This document shows, in pieces, positions 59,534 to 64,000 of a stretch of 64,000 nucleotides of DNA. The notes beneath the pieces are model-generated. The model saw nothing but the letters and a program-made list of their open reading frames with translations, ran no database searches and had not been told where the DNA came from. Where the stretch lies: assembly GCA_001563335.1 (NCBI GenBank), contig LRSL01000069.1, positions 115,129 to 179,128 on the forward strand, in the 5' to 3' direction. The translations under genes and the position numbers were made by a program. Numbering within the stretch: position 1 is the stretch's first letter; every line of letters begins with the position of its first letter. This DNA is from Candidatus Thorarchaeota archaeon SMTZ1-45 (lineage in GTDB: Archaea; Asgardarchaeota; Thorarchaeia; Thorarchaeales; Thorarchaeaceae).

Positions 59534-59574
59534 TTGCATGAGGCTCGGAGTAGTAGTGTCAGAGTAAACAGCAA

Positions 59575-59661
59575 ACGGGGCGGCTATTGCAGCTATGTAT
59601 GAGCTCAGATTTCTGAGTTCCATGCGTTGGGAAGCGCGTAGATACGCAGTAGTTCCCCCGT
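59575..59661 (+). promoter_or_regulatory. Structured RNA element in the rpoB 5' leader
   Basis: 15-bp closing stem with one C-C mismatch enclosing two hairpins. Confidence 0.55.
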
Positions 59662-59685
59662 CCTTCCCATTCACGATGTGATTAC

Positions 59686-62600
59686 ATGGCAACGGGCACA
59701 CAAGATCGAGATAAGTATTGGCCAGTAATAGAAGCATTCTTTGGTCAGTATGGACTAGTAGGTCAGCATCTCGACTCATTTAATCGGTTCATAAGAGAAG
59801 AGCTTCAACAAGTAGTAGATAGTGTTGGTAAGCTCACGCCAAAGATTGAAGGTTATGTAGTGGAACTGGGTGATATCCATGTGGATGAACCTTCTATTCG
59901 TGAGGCTGATGGTAGTGAACACAAACTCTACCCCAATGAAGCTAGGATTAGAAACCTTACCTATGCAAGCAAACTCCACTTGGACATGACACCTGTCCGA
60001 AAAGAAGGTTCTGTGTCAACCAGGCTTGAAACTATGAGGATTTACATTGGGGACTTACCAATCATGCTTCGAAGTGAGAAGTGTCATCTAAATGGTCTTT
60101 CAGATGAGAACCTCATAAAACATGGTGAAGATCCCAAAGATCCTGGTGGTTATTTCATAATCAACGGTTCAGAGCGAGTTCTTGTCACACAAGAAGATTT
60201 GGCGCCTAATAGAATTCTAATTGAAGAGGCAAGCAAGAGTTCAAGCTATACCCACATTGCAAAAGTCTTCTCAACCTCGCGTGGTTTCAGAGCACCAGTG
60301 ACAATTGAGCGGAAGCGAACTGGTGAACTAAGAGTATCATTCCCATCAGTGCCCGGTAAGATACCTCTGGCAATTCTTCTAAAAGCGTTAGGTATTGAAT
60401 CAGACAGAGATATTGTTGATGTCATTTCAGATGATGATGAGATACGAAACGAGCTCATTGTTACTATTGAACAATCGGCCCCAATCAATGCACCCACAGG
60501 TGAAGAGGATGAATCTACGCGCTCCAATGCACTAGACTTCATTGGAAAGCGTGTTGCGGTGGGTCAGACAAAAGAATACCGCCTTGCTCGTGCAGAAAAA
60601 GTGCTAGATCGCTATCTTCTCCCGCACATTGGAACTGAAGAGGATAGTCGTCTACACAAGGCATACTACCTTGGACAAATGGTAGAGCGTCTTCTAGAGT
60701 TAGTACTCACCAAACGATCTCCTGACGATAAGGACCATTATGCGAACAAGAGGCTGAAACTCTCCGGAGACCTTCTCATGTCACTATTCAGGGTTGCTCT
60801 GTATTCTCTGACTCGTGATATTAAATATCAATTAGAACGTACAGCGGTTCGAGGTCGTAAGCCAAATATCAGGACTGCAGTGCGTGCTGATGTAATAACA
60901 CAGAGGCTAAAACATGCGCTCGCTACAGGAAACTGGGTCGGAGGTAAAGCTGGCGTATCACAGCTTCTTGACCGTACTAACTACATATCCTCATTATCAC
61001 ACCTTAGACGAGTTGTTTCACCACTCTCTCGCTCACAACCACACTTCGAGGCACGAGATCTTCATTCGACTCATTGGGGCAAGATCTGTCCCAACGAAAC
61101 TCCTGAAGGACCAAACTGTGGTCTTGTAAAAAACATTGCAATGATGGCATACATCTCAGTTGGAACCGATGAGGCGGCAGTAGAACGTGCCCTCCTTAAA
61201 GCTGAGGTAGAACCTATCGAGAAACTCCGTGGAAAACGTGGCGCAAAATGGGCTGATATTTTTCTGAATGGTCGACTAGTAGGTGTTCATCCTGCTCCAC
61301 AAGTCTTGGTAAAGACAATGAGACAGAAGCGTCGTGCTGGTGAGATTGACAATCAAATGAATATTGCATATTATGAAGATACCCACGAGGTTCAAGTTAA
61401 CTGCGATGCTGGTCGTGTAAGGAGGCCTGTCATTGTAGTTGAGAACGGAAAAAGCCGTCTTACTGATGAACATCTAAGAATGGTGCTTGAAACAGAGTGG
61501 GGATTCTTAGATCTTCTCCGTAATGGAAATGTGGAATTCATCGATGCGGAGGAGGAAGAGAACACACTGATTGCCATGTACCCTGAAGATATTGGTCCTA
61601 GCACAACTCACCTAGAGATAGTGCCTTCCACTATTTTGGGTATTTCTGCAGCTCTTATTCCATTCCCTGAGCGAAATCAGTCGCCTCGTAATGTCTACAT
61701 GGCTGGAATGGCAAAACAATCAGTAGGCGTACCTGCATCCAATTTCAGATACAGAGCTGACACGCGCTCACATTTCTTCCACTATCCTCAGATTCCACTT
61801 GTGAAGACCCGCGCAATGGACTCAATTGGCTATGAGGAACGTCCTGCTGGCCAAAACTTCATAGTAGCCATTCTTTCCTTTGAAGGTTATAACATTGAAG
61901 ATGCTCTCATTATGAATAAAGCATCTATTGAGAGAGGCTTGGGTAGAAGCACTTTCGCTAGAGTATACGAAAGCGAAGAGCGAAAATATCCTGGAGGTCA
62001 AGAGGATAGATTCGAAATTCCCGACCGAAGTGTTAGAGGCTATAGAGCTTCAGAATCCTACAGAAACCTCGGCGAGGATGGTATCATAGAAACTGAGGTC
62101 GAAGTTATGGGTGGTGACGTTCTCATTGGCAGAACCTCTCCCCCGAGATTCTTGGAAGAATATTCCGAGTTTGAGATAGCTTCTCCGAATCGTCGTGAAA
62201 CATCTATTGCTGTACGTCATGGAGAAGCTGGTGTAGTTGACAGCGTAATTCTCACAGAAACTATCGATGGTAACCGTCTGGTCAAGGTAAAGGTCCGAGA
62301 CCTAAGAATCCCTGAGTTGGGTGACAAATATGCTTCCCGACATGGACAGAAAGGTGTAATCGGATACATAGTACCACAGCAAGACCTTCCATTCACAGAA
62401 GATGGAGTGGTTCCAGATCTGTTAATCAATCCACATGCCATCCCAAGCAGAATGACCATTGGTCAGATCTTGGAGATGGTTGCTGGAAAAGCTGCTTGCA
62501 TGGTGGGTAAGCAACAAGACGCCTCTCCCTTCTGTGGTGTTACAGAGGAGGAGCTCTTTGACACGCTCAAGAAACATGGTCTGAAGCACAATGGTCGTGA

Positions 62601-63057
62601 AACAATGTATTCTGGTATCACAGGAGAAAGGCTCAAAGTTGACATCTTCATAGGCGTCATCTTCTACCAGAAGCTTCACCATATGGTTGCAGACAAGATT
62701 CATGCACGTGCAAGAGGACCTGTACAGATCTTAACTCGCCAGCCCACCGAGGGTCGCGCTCGAGAAGGAGGTCTGAGGTTTGGAGAGATGGAGCGTGATG
62801 TACTGATAGGTCATGGTGCTGCCATTCTTCTAAAAGGTCGACTACTGGACGAATCTGACAAGAGTAACATGCTCGTCTGTGAGGATTGTGGTCTAATAGG
62901 TGTCTATGACCGCAACAAGGACCAATACTATTGTCCAATATGCGGGACCAATGCCAAAATTAGCAGTGTTGTCGTATCTTATGCTTTCAAGTTGTTAATA
63001 CAAGAGATGATGTCACTTGGCTTGGCCACTAGGCTGCGATTAAAGGAGATGATTTAG
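59686..63057 (+). CDS. rpoB: DNA-directed RNA polymerase subunit B (unsplit Rpo2)
   Basis: GGYFIINGSER, ETPEGPNCGL, GDKYASRHGQKG, GLRFGEMERD, C-terminal Zn ribbon. Confidence 0.98.
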   Translation: MATGTQDRDKYWPVIEAFFGQYGLVGQHLDSFNRFIREELQQVVDSVGKLTPKIEGYVVELGDIHVDEPSIREADGSEHKLYPNEARIRNLTYASKLHLDMTPVRKEGSVSTRLETMRIYIGDLPIMLRSEKCHLNGLSDENLIKHGEDPKDPGGYFIINGSERVLVTQEDLAPNRILIEEASKSSSYTHIAKVFSTSRGFRAPVTIERKRTGELRVSFPSVPGKIPLAILLKALGIESDRDIVDVISDDDEIRNELIVTIEQSAPINAPTGEEDESTRSNALDFIGKRVAVGQTKEYRLARAEKVLDRYLLPHIGTEEDSRLHKAYYLGQMVERLLELVLTKRSPDDKDHYANKRLKLSGDLLMSLFRVALYSLTRDIKYQLERTAVRGRKPNIRTAVRADVITQRLKHALATGNWVGGKAGVSQLLDRTNYISSLSHLRRVVSPLSRSQPHFEARDLHSTHWGKICPNETPEGPNCGLVKNIAMMAYISVGTDEAAVERALLKAEVEPIEKLRGKRGAKWADIFLNGRLVGVHPAPQVLVKTMRQKRRAGEIDNQMNIAYYEDTHEVQVNCDAGRVRRPVIVVENGKSRLTDEHLRMVLETEWGFLDLLRNGNVEFIDAEEEENTLIAMYPEDIGPSTTHLEIVPSTILGISAALIPFPERNQSPRNVYMAGMAKQSVGVPASNFRYRADTRSHFFHYPQIPLVKTRAMDSIGYEERPAGQNFIVAILSFEGYNIEDALIMNKASIERGLGRSTFARVYESEERKYPGGQEDRFEIPDRSVRGYRASESYRNLGEDGIIETEVEVMGGDVLIGRTSPPRFLEEYSEFEIASPNRRETSIAVRHGEAGVVDSVILTETIDGNRLVKVKVRDLRIPELGDKYASRHGQKGVIGYIVPQQDLPFTEDGVVPDLLINPHAIPSRMTIGQILEMVAGKAACMVGKQQDASPFCGVTEEELFDTLKKHGLKHNGRETMYSGITGERLKVDIFIGVIFYQKLHHMVADKIHARARGPVQILTRQPTEGRAREGGLRFGEMERDVLIGHGAAILLKGRLLDESDKSNMLVCEDCGLIGVYDRNKDQYYCPICGTNAKISSVVVSYAFKLLIQEMMSLGLATRLRLKEMI

Positions 63058-64000
63058 ATGATTTCCGGATTAACTACAAAGAAAATTGACTCAATAGAGT
63101 TTGGACTCCTATCTCCCGAAGACATCAGAAAGATGTCAGTGGCCCAGATAGTCGTTGCTGACACATATGACGAAGATGGTTATCCTATTGATAGTGGCAT
63201 TATGGATCCAAAGCTTGGGGTCATTGACCCAGGTCAACGGTGTAGAACTTGCGGCAACAGGGTTGGTAACTGTCCAGGCCACTTTGGTCACATTGAACTC
63301 GCTCGCCCAATCATGCATGAAGGATACGCAAAGGTCATCCATAAAGTCCTTCGAGCTATCTGCAGAGAGTGTAACAGAATACTCCTTACTGATGAGGAGA
63401 TTGACCATTTCCAGCGGCTTTTCAAGAGATACCCTGAGATTGGTCAGAGGACTGCCAACCTGTCAAATGAGATACTAAAAAGAGCAGCCAAAGCAAAGAC
63501 CTGCCCTCATTGCGAAGAAGAACAACTCAAGCTAAAACTTGAGAAACCAACCTCTATCTATGAAGTTGGTGAAGCAGGTTCAGTCAGGCTTACCCCTATT
63601 GATATTAGAGCGCGTTTAGAGAACATCTCTGATGATGACTATCGTCTTTTAGGCATCAACCCAGGTGCAGCTCGACTTGAATGGTCTATCCTCACTGTAC
63701 TTGCAGTCCCACCAGTCACAGTTCGCCCTTCAATTACTCTCGAGTCTGGTGTGAGAAGCGAAGATGACCTCAGCCACAAACTCATAGATATCATTCGTAT
63801 CAATCAAAGACTTCGAGAAAACTTGGATGCGGGAGCACCACAACTTATCGTTGAAGACCTTTGGGAGCTTCTACAATACCATTGCACAACCTACTTTGAT
63901 AATGGCGTTAGTGGTATCCCACCAGCCAGACACCGTTCTGGTCGCGCACTCAGAACCTTGGCTCAGAGGCTTAAAGGGAAGGAAGGACGATTCAGATCTA
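63058..64000 (+). CDS. rpoA1: DNA-directed RNA polymerase subunit A' (partial, runs off the window)
   Basis: [24 protein letters not shown]...[18 protein letters not shown]; not in the supplied ORF track. Confidence 0.96.
   Translation, partial: MISGLTTKKIDSIEFGLLSPEDIRKMSVAQIVVADTYDEDGYPIDSGIMDPKLGVIDPGQRCRTCGNRVGNCPGHFGHIELARPIMHEGYAKVIHKVLRAICRECNRILLTDEEIDHFQRLFKRYPEIGQRTANLSNEILKRAAKAKTCPHCEEEQLKLKLEKPTSIYEVGEAGSVRLTPIDIRARLENISDDDYRLLGINPGAARLEWSILTVLAVPPVTVRPSITLESGVRSEDDLSHKLIDIIRINQRLRENLDAGAPQLIVEDLWELLQYHCTTYFDNGVSGIPPARHRSGRALRTLAQRLKGKEGRFRS

Noticed and set aside
59352-59779. Minus-strand ORFs over tRNA-Lys and the rpoB start, plus the many antisense or alternate-frame ORFs in the track (e.g. 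63136-63478)
   Set aside because: Shadow ORFs overlapping well-supported genes

Overview
Archaeal chromosomal segment. The gene set and sequence style suggest an Asgard archaeon, probably Thorarchaeia-like; this is inference and no search was run. Most of it is housekeeping: iorB, hypF, ADP-forming acyl-CoA synthetase, atpD, nac, pan-aMBF1-tfe-DUF2110, gatDE, pgk, rpiA, endA, hycI, mtnA, tfb, corA, rpoB and the start of rpoA'. There are nine intact tRNA genes. Five carry 30-32 nt bulge-helix-bulge (BHB) introns at non-canonical positions, and tRNA-Met has two introns. Two decayed tRNA-anchored islands are present. The tRNA-Leu island (15.7-19.8 kb) holds a wHTH gene, a TIR/NDT-like protein and a truncated TnpB. 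The tRNA-Asp region (52.1-59.0 kb) holds att-like fragments, an AlbA_2/Schlafen protein and a 1192-aa LAGLIDADG-like protein. The strongest unexplained signals are: a ~185-nt rod-shaped, G-U-rich minus-strand RNA with an anti-SD loop (4404-4587); an ExeA-like AAA+ ATPase paired with a ParG/SegB-like RHH protein; a membrane-anchored Gly/Pro-repeat protein with a WH2-like tail; an ECF transporter operon with two Cys-less molybdopterin-fold domains; and a multibranched RNA structure ahead of rpoB. All protein calls come from manual motif recognition and all RNA folds were paired by hand.
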